The position numbers were made by a program, and so were the translations under genes. Of a stretch of DNA of 64,000 nt, positions 18,389-26,383 are shown in pieces. Each line of letters begins with the position of its first letter. Position 1 is the first letter of the stretch. Source of the stretch: an uncultured Candidatus Saccharibacteria bacterium (GTDB taxonomy: Bacteria; Patescibacteriota; Saccharimonadia; Saccharimonadales; EFPC-124); contig CAYOML010000004.1 of assembly GCA_964405095.1 (NCBI GenBank), forward strand, positions 5,080 to 69,079, in the 5' to 3' direction. A model generated the notes under the pieces. The model was not told the origin of the DNA. It made no database searches and saw only the letters and a list, made by a program, of their open reading frames with translations.

Positions 18389-19762
18389 ATGTCGAAACAA
18401 AAATTTGATTACGACCTCATCGTCCTTGGTAGTGGTGGCGGTGGCAGTGTAGCCGCACAAATCAGCAACAGCCTTGGTAAACATGTAGCCATTATCGACC
18501 AAGCCGACTCGATGGGCGGTGAATGCCCTAACTGGGGCTGTGTACCAGCCAAATCTTTATTACACGCCGCCGAGATCTATGACGCCGCCCGCCATGGTCA
18601 GACCTTCGGCATTCGTGGCGCTACTCTTAGTTACAACTATCCGTCAATCAAAGCCTGGAAAGACCTAGCCGTTCACCGCACAGGTACTTATCAGGCCGCC
18701 AAAGTATTTAAAGCTGAGGGAATTGATGTTATTGACGGCGACGGCCACTTTATTTCGCCGCACGAAATCACAGTTAATCGGCGCCATTTACGTGCCGAGC
18801 ACTTTCTGGTTGCCACCGGCACCCGTAACTTTATTCCCCCGATCGAGGGGCTCGAAAAAGCCGGCTACATCACTTTTAAAGAGGCTGCTAATTTGACTCG
18901 GCCACCAAAATCGCTGTTTATAGTCGGCGCTGGTTCTGTGGGCTGCGAATTTACCGAATTATTCAGCATATTCGGCAGCAAGATCTACCTTGCCGATATC
19001 ACACCGCGTATTCTCATGAAAGAAGACCAAGAAGTCGGCGAGCTAATGCGCCGGTTGTTCGAAGAACACCGCGGCGCCACGGTACTGATGAATACCAAGG
19101 TTATGAAGGTCGAAAAAGACGGCCTGGCCAAACGTGTTTACTTCCAGCAAGGCCGCGAAATGAAGTCGGTAAAAGTCGATGAGGTCATGATTGCTGCTGG
19201 AAAACTAGCCAACGTCGATATCGGTCTCGAAAACGCCGGGGTCGAATACACTCCCAAAGGCATTGTTGTAAACGACTACCTGCAAAGCAGCGCCAAACAT
19301 ATTTACGCTGCTGGCGATGTGGCTGGACCATACATGTTCGCCCATACCGCAATCTACCAGAGCCGCGTGGTTGCCCACAATTTGTGGAGTAAAAAGAAGA
19401 TTGCCGCCGACTACCATGCCGTTCCGCGCTGTGTCTTTACGAACCCCGAAATCGCGGCGGCTGGCCTAACCGAAGATGAATGCATTAAGCGTGATATTAA
19501 GATCAAAAAAGCCCTAGCCCCGATCTCGATTATCGGCCGCTCTAATATTACCAACACCGACGACGGCTTTGTAAAAGTTATTGCCGAAACCGATGGCACG
19601 CTACTTGGTGCGACAATAGTCAGCCCACACGCCGGCGAGATGATCCATGAGCTCACCCTGGCCATCCAATACGGTTTAACCGCCCAAGAAGTAGCCAACA
19701 CGATACACGCCTTCCCGACTTGGAGCGAGGCTGTACGCATCGCCTGCGCAAAGATTAGATAA
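18389..19762 (+). CDS. class I FAD-dependent pyridine nucleotide-disulfide oxidoreductase (dihydrolipoyl dehydrogenase / mercuric-glutathione reductase family)
   Basis: N-terminal GSGGGG dinucleotide fold, redox-active GGECPNWGCVPAKSLL (CxxxxC), a second GAGSVGCEF Rossmann motif, and a C-terminal HAFPTWSE dimer-interface motif. Confidence 0.85.
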   Translation: MSKQKFDYDLIVLGSGGGGSVAAQISNSLGKHVAIIDQADSMGGECPNWGCVPAKSLLHAAEIYDAARHGQTFGIRGATLSYNYPSIKAWKDLAVHRTGTYQAAKVFKAEGIDVIDGDGHFISPHEITVNRRHLRAEHFLVATGTRNFIPPIEGLEKAGYITFKEAANLTRPPKSLFIVGAGSVGCEFTELFSIFGSKIYLADITPRILMKEDQEVGELMRRLFEEHRGATVLMNTKVMKVEKDGLAKRVYFQQGREMKSVKVDEVMIAAGKLANVDIGLENAGVEYTPKGIVVNDYLQSSAKHIYAAGDVAGPYMFAHTAIYQSRVVAHNLWSKKKIAADYHAVPRCVFTNPEIAAAGLTEDECIKRDIKIKKALAPISIIGRSNITNTDDGFVKVIAETDGTLLGATIVSPHAGEMIHELTLAIQYGLTAQEVANTIHAFPTWSEAVRIACAKIR

Positions 19763-19778
19763 CCGATTTGCTCGCGAA

Positions 19779-19863
19779 CTGGTAACTTTCATTTTGTCCT
19801 CCACTCCGGCATAGGAAAATGCCTGCGTTTAAAGTCGGGAAAGGACAAAATGAAAGTTACCAG
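19779..19863. other. perfect 22-bp inverted repeat with 41-nt structured loop
   Basis: CTGGTAACTTTCATTTTGTCCT (19779-19800) is the exact reverse complement of 19842-19863. The loop contains an inner GGCAT-aggaaa-ATGCC hairpin. No T-run follows. Confidence 0.8.
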
Positions 19864-19908
19864 TTTGCTACCCTGCCGCTATTTTCGTAAACGAGTTACA
19901 ATTAGCGC

Positions 19909-20166
19909 ATGGCAGACATAGGTTTGATGAACCTGACAACCAAAGATGAAAAACATCTTGCTGAAATCGGAGTGACAACCAAAGCTCAGTTTGAGAAACT
20001 CGGTGCCGACAAAATACATCTGTTAATGCAGGAAAATGGCATCGAACTTGACGATGAACTTATCTACCGTCTGCGCGGTGCCGAACGCGATATCGACTGG
20101 CAAATCCTGGCCGATCGTGCCAAACGCCGAGCTAAATCACGTTTTGCCGACGTCGACGAGCCATAA
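19909..20166 (+). CDS. small hypothetical protein, possibly helix-hairpin-helix (TfoX C-terminal-like)
   Basis: An 85-aa ORF. HLAEIGVTTKAQFEKLGADKIHLLM resembles HhH DNA-binding modules. This is a weak call. Confidence 0.4.
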   Translation: MADIGLMNLTTKDEKHLAEIGVTTKAQFEKLGADKIHLLMQENGIELDDELIYRLRGAERDIDWQILADRAKRRAKSRFADVDEP

Positions 20167-20174
20167 GACTTTCG

Positions 20175-21503
20175 TTAACTCAAGTTTGGGATTTGACCCT
20201 GTGGGTAAATAAACAGACCTTTGGCACTAGCGGACCATAGTTTTAAAATTGGATTGACTAACCGCCAGCAAGTCAGCACCTCTTGGCTAGTTGTAAACAA
20301 AGCCTGATGGGATTGTATGGCGTCGACGAAAATCCGCTGGTAATCATCAATGCTCGAGGAAAAATGATTCTCGTACGACAACTCTAGTGGCAACCCACTT
20401 AACTCAGGGCCATACCCCGGACGCTTCACCCACACTTGCAAGACTAAACCCTCCCTAGGCTGGATACGCATAACTAATTCGTTGGTGTGTGTAGCTGCGC
20501 CCTGGCGATAGCGGATTCGAACTTCGGTATACTTTATGCCCGTAGCCTTACCAGCTGTTAAAATAATCGGCACACCGCCCCAGCGTCGATCTTTAGAATG
20601 TAAACGTAAAGATACAAATGTCTCGATACTGCTATTGGGATTGCCGACAGCCTCTCGATAACCTTGGTATTGCCCGCGCGCAACACTGTGTCCCACCGGT
20701 TTGACTAATTCGAGTAGCTTTAATGCCCTCAGTCGTGCTAGCGGAATATCCCGCCACTCATGCTGCAACGGCAGGTCCATTAAAACCAGGGCGGCAAGTT
20801 GCAACAAGTGACTCTGTAAAACATCTCGCATAGCACCGGTTTGTTCATAAAAAGACGACCTGCCCTCGACGCCAATAGACTCGTAGGCACTGACTTCAAT
20901 CTGTTCGATGAAATCTTTATTCCATGTACCCATGATTAAGGAGTTACTGCCCCTAAAGATCACCAAATTCTGCACCATTTCTTTAGCCAAATAGTGGTCT
21001 ATCAGGTAGAGTTGTTGTTCCTCGAAATATTTATTCAAGCAAAGCATCAATCTTTTGGCCGACGATAAATCGTAACCAAAGGGTTTCTCGACTAGCAGTT
21101 TACTATTGCGACCTAGCATGCCGCCCCCGCCTAGCGCCTCGATAACCGGCTGCATGGTCTGAGGCGGCACAGATAAGTAGAACAATGTCTGAGTTTTAGA
21201 TCCAAAACCTTGCTCGATTTTTTTCAGACGAACGGCCAGTTTATGACGGGCTTTTTTGTCGCTCAGGTCAATCTGCAGTGTTTCGATCTTGTTGCGGAAT
21301 ACTCGTTTGTCACCAGCTGGCAATAAATCGGTAATTCGGCGTTTATGCCGGCTAATCCCAACAATCCGAAAGTGCTCTGGCAACATGCCTTCGACAGCAA
21401 TATTCCGCAGCGCCGGTAATAGTCGACGCCGTGCCAAATCTCCAGAGATACCAACAATGACAATAATCGTGGATAATATGCTCTGTTTTGTGATATCAGC
21501 CAA
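20175..21503 (-). CDS. zwf: glucose-6-phosphate 1-dehydrogenase
   Basis: N-terminal G.SGDLARRRLLPAL NADP motif. The active-site signature DHYLAKEMVQNL corresponds to DHYLGKE. Confidence 0.85.
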   Translation of the reverse strand: MADITKQSILSTIIVIVGISGDLARRRLLPALRNIAVEGMLPEHFRIVGISRHKRRITDLLPAGDKRVFRNKIETLQIDLSDKKARHKLAVRLKKIEQGFGSKTQTLFYLSVPPQTMQPVIEALGGGGMLGRNSKLLVEKPFGYDLSSAKRLMLCLNKYFEEQQLYLIDHYLAKEMVQNLVIFRGSNSLIMGTWNKDFIEQIEVSAYESIGVEGRSSFYEQTGAMRDVLQSHLLQLAALVLMDLPLQHEWRDIPLARLRALKLLELVKPVGHSVARGQYQGYREAVGNPNSSIETFVSLRLHSKDRRWGGVPIILTAGKATGIKYTEVRIRYRQGAATHTNELVMRIQPREGLVLQVWVKRPGYGPELSGLPLELSYENHFSSSIDDYQRIFVDAIQSHQALFTTSQEVLTCWRLVNPILKLWSASAKGLFIYPQGQIPNLS

Positions 21504-21612
21504 TGGCTATGCTCCCCAAGCACCACTATATGGCACAGATCTGAAAGCCACAAGTCGAGCCGCACATACGGGCGGCAAACGCGCAGGAGACGCATGGTAT
21601 AGTAGCCACATA

Positions 21613-22029
21613 ATGAAGAAAAAGCTGACAATTGCATTTGTCGCGGGGCTCCTAATCGCTGGCGGAATAATAATTTTGGGGACGACTCTGGCTGCCAATC
21701 ACTACCTATCAGCCCGTGATAGCACTGCTCAACAAGCAAATTGTAAAGGTATTCATACGACACACCAGGTGTCAATCAGCCGTGGTGAGGCGGTCCCAAA
21801 ACACACCTACGCCATTCTTTGTGACACGCTTACTATCTCTAACCGTGACGATAGATCGTATCTAGTTGCTTTTGGCGAACACGGCGAACATGACACCTAC
21901 GATGGCGTCACCGAAAGAGCGCTTAGTAAAAACGAGAGTTTAAGCGTCGAGCTTATACAGACAGGTACATTTGTCTTCCATGACCACTTACAAGACAAAG
22001 TTCACGGCGACTTCACCGTTAAGCAATAG
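21613..22029 (+). CDS. hypothetical membrane-anchored small protein
   Basis: The ATG at 21613 (MKKKLTIAFVAGLLIAGGIIILG) is the plausible start. The longer listed ORF (from 21256) runs antisense through zwf. Confidence 0.55.
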   Translation: MKKKLTIAFVAGLLIAGGIIILGTTLAANHYLSARDSTAQQANCKGIHTTHQVSISRGEAVPKHTYAILCDTLTISNRDDRSYLVAFGEHGEHDTYDGVTERALSKNESLSVELIQTGTFVFHDHLQDKVHGDFTVKQ

Positions 22030-22103
22030 TGGTTATTGTTTGTAGGCAAACTATACAGCTCCGACCACCTTAAAGAGTACAATGGACTTTAAAGGAGCAG
22101 TCT

Positions 22104-23267
22104 ATGAGAAAATATAAAGTTATCGTTGGCGCGGTGTTACTTATTGCAGCGCTGAGCGTAGGTTGGGCTGGACTAGCCAATGCCTACAATTTTAAGACGG
22201 GGATGAATGTATCGCTGGGACAAAGTCAAAAAATCGACAACACCGTATTTGCGGCCGGCAACACAGTAGATATCGCCAGTGAAGTGTTTGGTGATGTGTT
22301 TTGCGCCGGACAAACAGTGACAGTTAGTGGTACCGTGCATGGCGACGTTATTTGTGCCGGCCAAACAGTGGTGATTACCGGTCACGTCACCGGCGATGTA
22401 CGCGCCGCTGGCCAGGCCGTGAGTGTGGGTGCCAATGTTGACGGTAACGTATCTGTTGGTGGCCAGTCATTTAATCTGACATCTGACTCTAAAATTGCCG
22501 GTGATTTAAGCGTCGGTGCAGCCACCGCCACCTTAAATGGCCGCGTCGGGCGCGATCTGGCTGCTGCCGGCGAAACTGTGATTATTGCCAGCCAAGTTGG
22601 GCGTAACGTGCATGGTATAGTAAACCATCTGCAACTGACTTCTGGTGCGCGCGTTAATGGCAACATCGACTTTAGTAGCGACCTCGAGGCCGATAAAGCT
22701 AGTGGCGCCGTCGTTAGCGGCAAAATAACTCGCAGTGATCTGCCGCGCGAATCCCGGCCCGATCTACGGTCTGGACTTGCCTGGCGTGTCTATTGGTTTG
22801 CGGCCATGCTATTTATGGCTTTAGTATTCACACTCCTCTTCCCCAGCGTGCTACATCAAGTCAGCGAACAAGCCGTGCGCCGACCATGGCGAGTACTAAT
22901 GATTGGCTTCTTGGCCAACATCGCCGCACCGGTTGTTATGCTCCTGCTGGCGGTAACCGTTATAGGGCTACCTCTGGCGCTGGTATTGGGATTGCTGTGG
23001 ATAGTAGCAATATTGCTCAGCTGGTTGTTCTTTGGCTACTATTTAGGGCGTCTGATACTCAACGATTCGCGCCGGCCGCTGTTGATCATACTCACCGGCG
23101 CCAGCCTGTTGATCATCGTCTGCCAACTGCCAGTCATCGGCCTAATCGCTTTTCTCTTGGCTCTATGGTTTGGCACGGGCATGGTCTTACTAGAAGCCAT
23201 GCGCCGCCTGCCGCGACCGGTCTATAAATTGCCTGTGGATAAAGTAGGATCAAAAACTACAAAGTAA
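22104..23267 (+). CDS. membrane protein with N-terminal bactofilin-like beta-helical repeat domain and C-terminal polytopic region
   Basis: Signal/anchor helix, then about 9 iterations of G(D/N)V..AGQ.V.V.G.V motifs, for example GDVFCAGQTVTVSGTVHGDVICAGQTVVITGHVTGDVRAAGQAVSVGANVDGNV. Four to five TM helices follow. Confidence 0.6.
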   Translation: MRKYKVIVGAVLLIAALSVGWAGLANAYNFKTGMNVSLGQSQKIDNTVFAAGNTVDIASEVFGDVFCAGQTVTVSGTVHGDVICAGQTVVITGHVTGDVRAAGQAVSVGANVDGNVSVGGQSFNLTSDSKIAGDLSVGAATATLNGRVGRDLAAAGETVIIASQVGRNVHGIVNHLQLTSGARVNGNIDFSSDLEADKASGAVVSGKITRSDLPRESRPDLRSGLAWRVYWFAAMLFMALVFTLLFPSVLHQVSEQAVRRPWRVLMIGFLANIAAPVVMLLLAVTVIGLPLALVLGLLWIVAILLSWLFFGYYLGRLILNDSRRPLLIILTGASLLIIVCQLPVIGLIAFLLALWFGTGMVLLEAMRRLPRPVYKLPVDKVGSKTTK

Positions 23268-23317
23268 GACTCGGAACACAAGATCCGAAAAGTATAGCAA
23301 ATAACTATCATCGCAAA

Positions 23318-23342
23318 CAAAAAAACCCTGAAACAACTTCGG
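23318..23342 (-). terminator. Rho-independent terminator (minus sense) downstream of the GH10 gene and repeat F1
   Basis: Minus sense reads CCCGAAG-ttgtt-TCAGGG (one bulge) followed by TTTTTTT. Confidence 0.65.
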
Positions 23343-23352
23343 GATCTTTCCC

Positions 23353-23391
23353 ATGGATAATTTTGGTAGCCCAAGTACATTCGAACTGGAA
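23353..23391 (-). repeat. F1: tRNA-3'-end-like direct repeat (...TTCGAA..N12..ACCA in minus sense)
   Basis: TGGATAATTTTGGTAGCCCAAGTACATTCGAACTGGAAC aligns with F2 at about 32 identical positions of about 40 (shared blocks TGGA/TAATTT/TGGTAG/TTCGAA/TGGAAC). It ends in ...CTACCA in minus sense. Confidence 0.6.
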
Positions 23392-23479
23392 CGTGCTTCT
23401 TGAGGAGCTAAGTAGGTGGAAGAGTTTATCTAGAGGAGTCTCGGTAGTAGGTTGCTCGACTAACTAGGGATGGAACAGA

Positions 23480-25234
23480 CTATTTTCTAAGCGTACCCTG
23501 GAGTGCAGTGTAAGCTGGTTTAGGCTTCATATCCTTATCCCATAATAAACTACTCCCAAGTAGCAGCGGATATCTATCCGAAACCGTTGTCGAGCCATAA
23601 AGGTCCGATACGCCCCATGTAGTATATGAAGTACAGCTTGGCATAGTGATGCATAAGAATAAGGCGCCAGAGTATTGGTCGCTCTGGAACTTAGGGTCTT
23701 TGCCAGTAACATCAATTTCTGAAATCCTGACACTTAGTCCTAAATCTGATATTGCTTTGATGTGTGCTCGTAAAACTTCAAAGTCAATCTTATCCGTTGT
23801 TTGATACACATGAGATTCAAAACCAATACCATCAATCGGAACATTACGGCTTTTTAAACGTTTCACAAGCGCTAGAAAAGCGTCCCAGCGTTGCCCATAG
23901 TGCTCTATACCATAATCATTGAGGTACAGTTTTGCTGAAGGGTCAGTAGCTCGTACAGCAATGAATGCCTTATCAATATAAGCTTCGCCCATTGCTTCTT
24001 CCCAGAAAGATGTTCGTAGACCAAGCCCTCCTCCCTCATAATCTTCATCCTTTTCTGACATTGGTTCGTTGACTACATCCCAGGTATTAATTCGACCCTT
24101 AAAATGTCCTACGACATTGGTAATGTGGTCCGTCATTATTTTGGGCAAGTCGGCCTTTGGTGCGTCTGTCATCCATGACGGATTAGACTTGGCAAACACT
24201 AACGTATGTCCATGGACAGATTGCTCGTTTGCTTCTGCCGTATCTACGATGTTATCCGCATCTGTAAAATCATATCTATTTACGGATGGGTGAACGAACT
24301 GCGCTTTAATACTGCTTTCAAGTGTAATTACGTTAAACTCGCTCATTGCAATATTTTTATAGCGCTGGTCAGTAAATAATGGGTTTGCCGAAACTGCCGT
24401 ACCAATCTGAATCTTACGAGGTAACTTATCGGCTAGATTGCGAAGTGAGTTTGGCTCACTGTGATTCACGCCGAGTTCCTGCACATCTAGAATTTCCAGC
24501 TTTCCTTTGCCTAATGACCGTGCTTGTAGGTTGTGGAGTAACCAGCCATCGCCCTTGTCATTTCCATCAGCCCCAAACCAAATTGTACCGTCATTAAAAA
24601 TGTTGTGGTCAGGCATAGAACCCAAAGTATTACCATTGAGTGTGAAAATTAGTTTTCCATTTTTTCGTTCCATATTTAATACAGCATCGTTCTTTAGATT
24701 GACATTGTAACTTCGTATATCCATTGAGGTTGCTGAGTTTCCATCCCAAATACGTGTTTCTACACGCTTGCTGGAAACATCAATCCTGATGCTAGGTCTT
24801 TCCTGGCGCCACTCGTCATAAATAATGGGAACTTGTCCATAGAATTGCAGTGAAGCGCCATCTTCTATGCCCTGCATAATTGTCTTTACTTCAAAATCTC
24901 CAGAAACCACAAGGTGCGGACCACGAACATTAACGGGGGGATTAAGTTGTGCCATGGAACCGTCTTGATGAATGATATTCTGGTTCAGTGGTGTTATCCG
25001 CACACCTTCTTTTGTTACCGTCGCGCCTGATAAGTGCGACCAGTCATGACCAGATAGTAAGCTATTAAAACCTCTGTCTTTATTGAATTGGTTAAGTCCA
25101 AGTTTGAACAAAACTACTAAGACTGCTAGTAAGACTATGATAAAAACGAATTTTGAGAGTGTAATTCGCCACTTTCGCTCTGATCCCACTTTCTTCATAT
25201 AAATAAGTTTGGTCCAATCGAGCGTAGATAGCAA
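23480..25234 (-). CDS. membrane-anchored glycoside hydrolase family 10 (endo-1,4-beta-xylanase-like) with about 250-aa N-terminal domain of unknown type
   Basis: GH10 hallmarks appear in order: GHTLVF, WDVVNEP (acid/base Glu), LNDYG, GIGFESH, ISEIDV (nucleophile Glu). TM helix FVFIIVLLAVLVVLF. The start is TTG 25234 or ATG 25198. Sampled 60-nt lines hand-count to about 37% G+C, against about 50-55% in neighbouring genes. Confidence 0.8.
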   Translation of the reverse strand: MLSTLDWTKLIYMKKVGSERKWRITLSKFVFIIVLLAVLVVLFKLGLNQFNKDRGFNSLLSGHDWSHLSGATVTKEGVRITPLNQNIIHQDGSMAQLNPPVNVRGPHLVVSGDFEVKTIMQGIEDGASLQFYGQVPIIYDEWRQERPSIRIDVSSKRVETRIWDGNSATSMDIRSYNVNLKNDAVLNMERKNGKLIFTLNGNTLGSMPDHNIFNDGTIWFGADGNDKGDGWLLHNLQARSLGKGKLEILDVQELGVNHSEPNSLRNLADKLPRKIQIGTAVSANPLFTDQRYKNIAMSEFNVITLESSIKAQFVHPSVNRYDFTDADNIVDTAEANEQSVHGHTLVFAKSNPSWMTDAPKADLPKIMTDHITNVVGHFKGRINTWDVVNEPMSEKDEDYEGGGLGLRTSFWEEAMGEAYIDKAFIAVRATDPSAKLYLNDYGIEHYGQRWDAFLALVKRLKSRNVPIDGIGFESHVYQTTDKIDFEVLRAHIKAISDLGLSVRISEIDVTGKDPKFQSDQYSGALFLCITMPSCTSYTTWGVSDLYGSTTVSDRYPLLLGSSLLWDKDMKPKPAYTALQGTLRK

Positions 25235-25287
25235 ACGACCATACAGGACTCTAACCTAAATAGCAGAGGTAGTAAATTTCGTGAATC

Positions 25288-25318
25288 AAAAAAGAGACTG
25301 GTCTTGGAACCAATCTCT
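25288..25318 (-). terminator. Rho-independent terminator (minus sense) downstream of repeat F2
   Basis: Minus sense reads AGAGATTGG-ttccaaga-CCAGTCTCT (one mismatch) followed by TTTTTT. Confidence 0.6.
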
Positions 25319-25321
25319 ATC

Positions 25322-25365
25322 TGGAAATAATTTCTTGGTAGAGCAGGTGGTTTCGAATTGGAACC
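25322..25365 (-). repeat. F2: tRNA-3'-end-like direct repeat, partner of F1
   Basis: TGGAAATAATTTCTTGGTAGAGCAGGTGGTTTCGAATTGGAAC. Its layout matches F1: an ATAATTT spacer and a terminator on its low-coordinate side. Confidence 0.6.
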
Positions 25366-25421
25366 TAATTTCTGCTGAAATTATCCGTTGGAAACATGCG
25401 TTGGCCGAAAAGCCTATCGCT

Positions 25422-25446
25422 TGGTCCAGCAGGTAGGACTCGAACC
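25422..25446 (-). repeat. F3: tRNA 3' fragment (T-loop, T-stem 3' half, acceptor 3' strand, discriminator, CCA) without a 5' half
   Basis: Minus sense reads GGTTCGAGTCCTACCTGCTGGACCA, with canonical spacing after the T-loop (5+7+1+3). The upstream sequence cannot form the acceptor, D or anticodon arms. It abuts the stop codon of the HAD-like gene. Confidence 0.65.
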
Positions 25447-26118
25447 TTAAGCTGCAACTTCTAAGAGCTTATGTCCAAAAGCCGCACCCGCATCTTCCGA
25501 GTATGGCTGTAGGGGAGTAACATGCAACGTTAGTGCTTCTGCTTCAAGACGAAAACCTATTATTGCAGCTGGTCCAACACCGCTTGCGAATTCGGTTACA
25601 AATAGATCACCAGTGGTTCTAGCCTTGGCTTGTTCGACTAGCCTTTCTATATATTCTTGGCTGCGACCATGTGATACGACACCTAATACAATAGGATGAT
25701 GTGTTGCTTCAGGATGTTGCAAGGGTTCAGTCAATGCCCCTAACAATATAGCACCAAGCTTGTGGGGCTTATCCTCAAGCATTCCTACTGTAGTTTGTCG
25801 GCTCTGCTCAGCAATGAATCTGCCCTTAGCTGCCTCGCTACCCTTATGAACGATTTGTTCGGATCGGCTAAAGAAATTAGCAAATCCAAGTTTTGTTATT
25901 GAACGAGCTGTTGCCATTCTGCGAATAAAAATATCAGGACGTCTAGATACTACTCCTGCAATTTCTACACCAGTTGACTGTACGCCCTTGAGGAAATCGG
26001 AGTAACCAGCTAAGCCGCGTAAAGGATATTTAGACCAATTACGTGGATCGGACTTTCTAGCAATTACTACAGCAGTGCCATCAAAGTCACTCCATAATCG
26101 AGGTGTTTGCTCGCTCAT
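25447..26118 (-). CDS. HAD-superfamily-like hydrolase (hypothetical)
   Basis: 223 aa. The N-terminal WSDFDGTAV matches HAD motif I (DxDGT). The rest is not recognised. Confidence 0.5.
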   Translation of the reverse strand: MSEQTPRLWSDFDGTAVVIARKSDPRNWSKYPLRGLAGYSDFLKGVQSTGVEIAGVVSRRPDIFIRRMATARSITKLGFANFFSRSEQIVHKGSEAAKGRFIAEQSRQTTVGMLEDKPHKLGAILLGALTEPLQHPEATHHPIVLGVVSHGRSQEYIERLVEQAKARTTGDLFVTEFASGVGPAAIIGFRLEAEALTLHVTPLQPYSEDAGAAFGHKLLEVAA

Positions 26119-26203
26119 TTACACTACCATATCACTTTTTAGAAAATCTACTAACTATAGTAAACAAAAGACCCCTTTTTACGGAGGTCATTACGCTTAT
26201 GCT

Positions 26204-26234
26204 TGGTAGCGGGGAGAGGACTCGAACCTCGCCA
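26204..26234 (-). repeat. F4: diverged copy of the T-arm/acceptor/CCA end of tRNA-fMet, no 5' half
   Basis: TGGTAGCGGGGAGAGGACTCGAACCTCGCCA compared with the tRNA's TGGTAGCGGGGGTAAGACTCGAACTTACGAC. The first 11 nt and the ACTCGAAC block are identical. Confidence 0.6.
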
Positions 26235-26281
26235 CCCTTGCTTAGTAAAAATGCAAGCATTTTTACTACGGCCCAGCAAGG

Positions 26282-26311
26282 AAAACATGAAGCCAAGACT
26301 TTGGCTTCATG
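26282..26311 (-). terminator. Rho-independent terminator (minus sense) about 70 nt downstream of tRNA-fMet
   Basis: CATGAAGCCAA-agtc-TTGGCTTCATG is a perfect 11-bp stem. TTTT follows in minus sense. Confidence 0.65.
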
Positions 26312-26316
26312 CCTAC

Positions 26317-26335
26317 GGTCGTAAGTTCGAGTCTT
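26317..26335. repeat. 19-nt inverted copy of the tRNA-fMet variable-loop/T-arm segment (anti-T-arm)
   Basis: GGTCGTAAGTTCGAGTCTT on the plus strand is the exact reverse complement of 26396-26414, which lies inside the minus-strand tRNA. Confidence 0.85.
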
Positions 26336-26345
26336 CATCTCCAAC

Positions 26346-26383
26346 AAGATAATAAGACCACCTGAAGGTGATCTTATTATCTT
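26346..26383. other. 17-bp hairpin abutting the 3' end of tRNA-fMet
   Basis: AAGATAATAAGACCACC-tgaa-GGTGATCTTATTATCTT (one C/T position). The last nt coincides with the tRNA's terminal A. Confidence 0.75.

Noticed and set aside
21256-21612. N-terminal 119 codons of the listed 257-aa ORF, and ORF 21263-21775 (-)
   Set aside because: Both run antisense through or out of the zwf 5' region. The credible gene begins at ATG 21613 with a typical Lys-rich/TM N-terminus.
25336-25420. F2 plus its upstream 85 nt as a complete, functional tRNA
   Set aside because: No 5' acceptor strand complementary to CTGCTCT exists. The T-stem cannot pair, the spacing after the T-loop is one nt short, and the only hairpin (AATTT-cagcag-AAATT) has a 6-nt loop.
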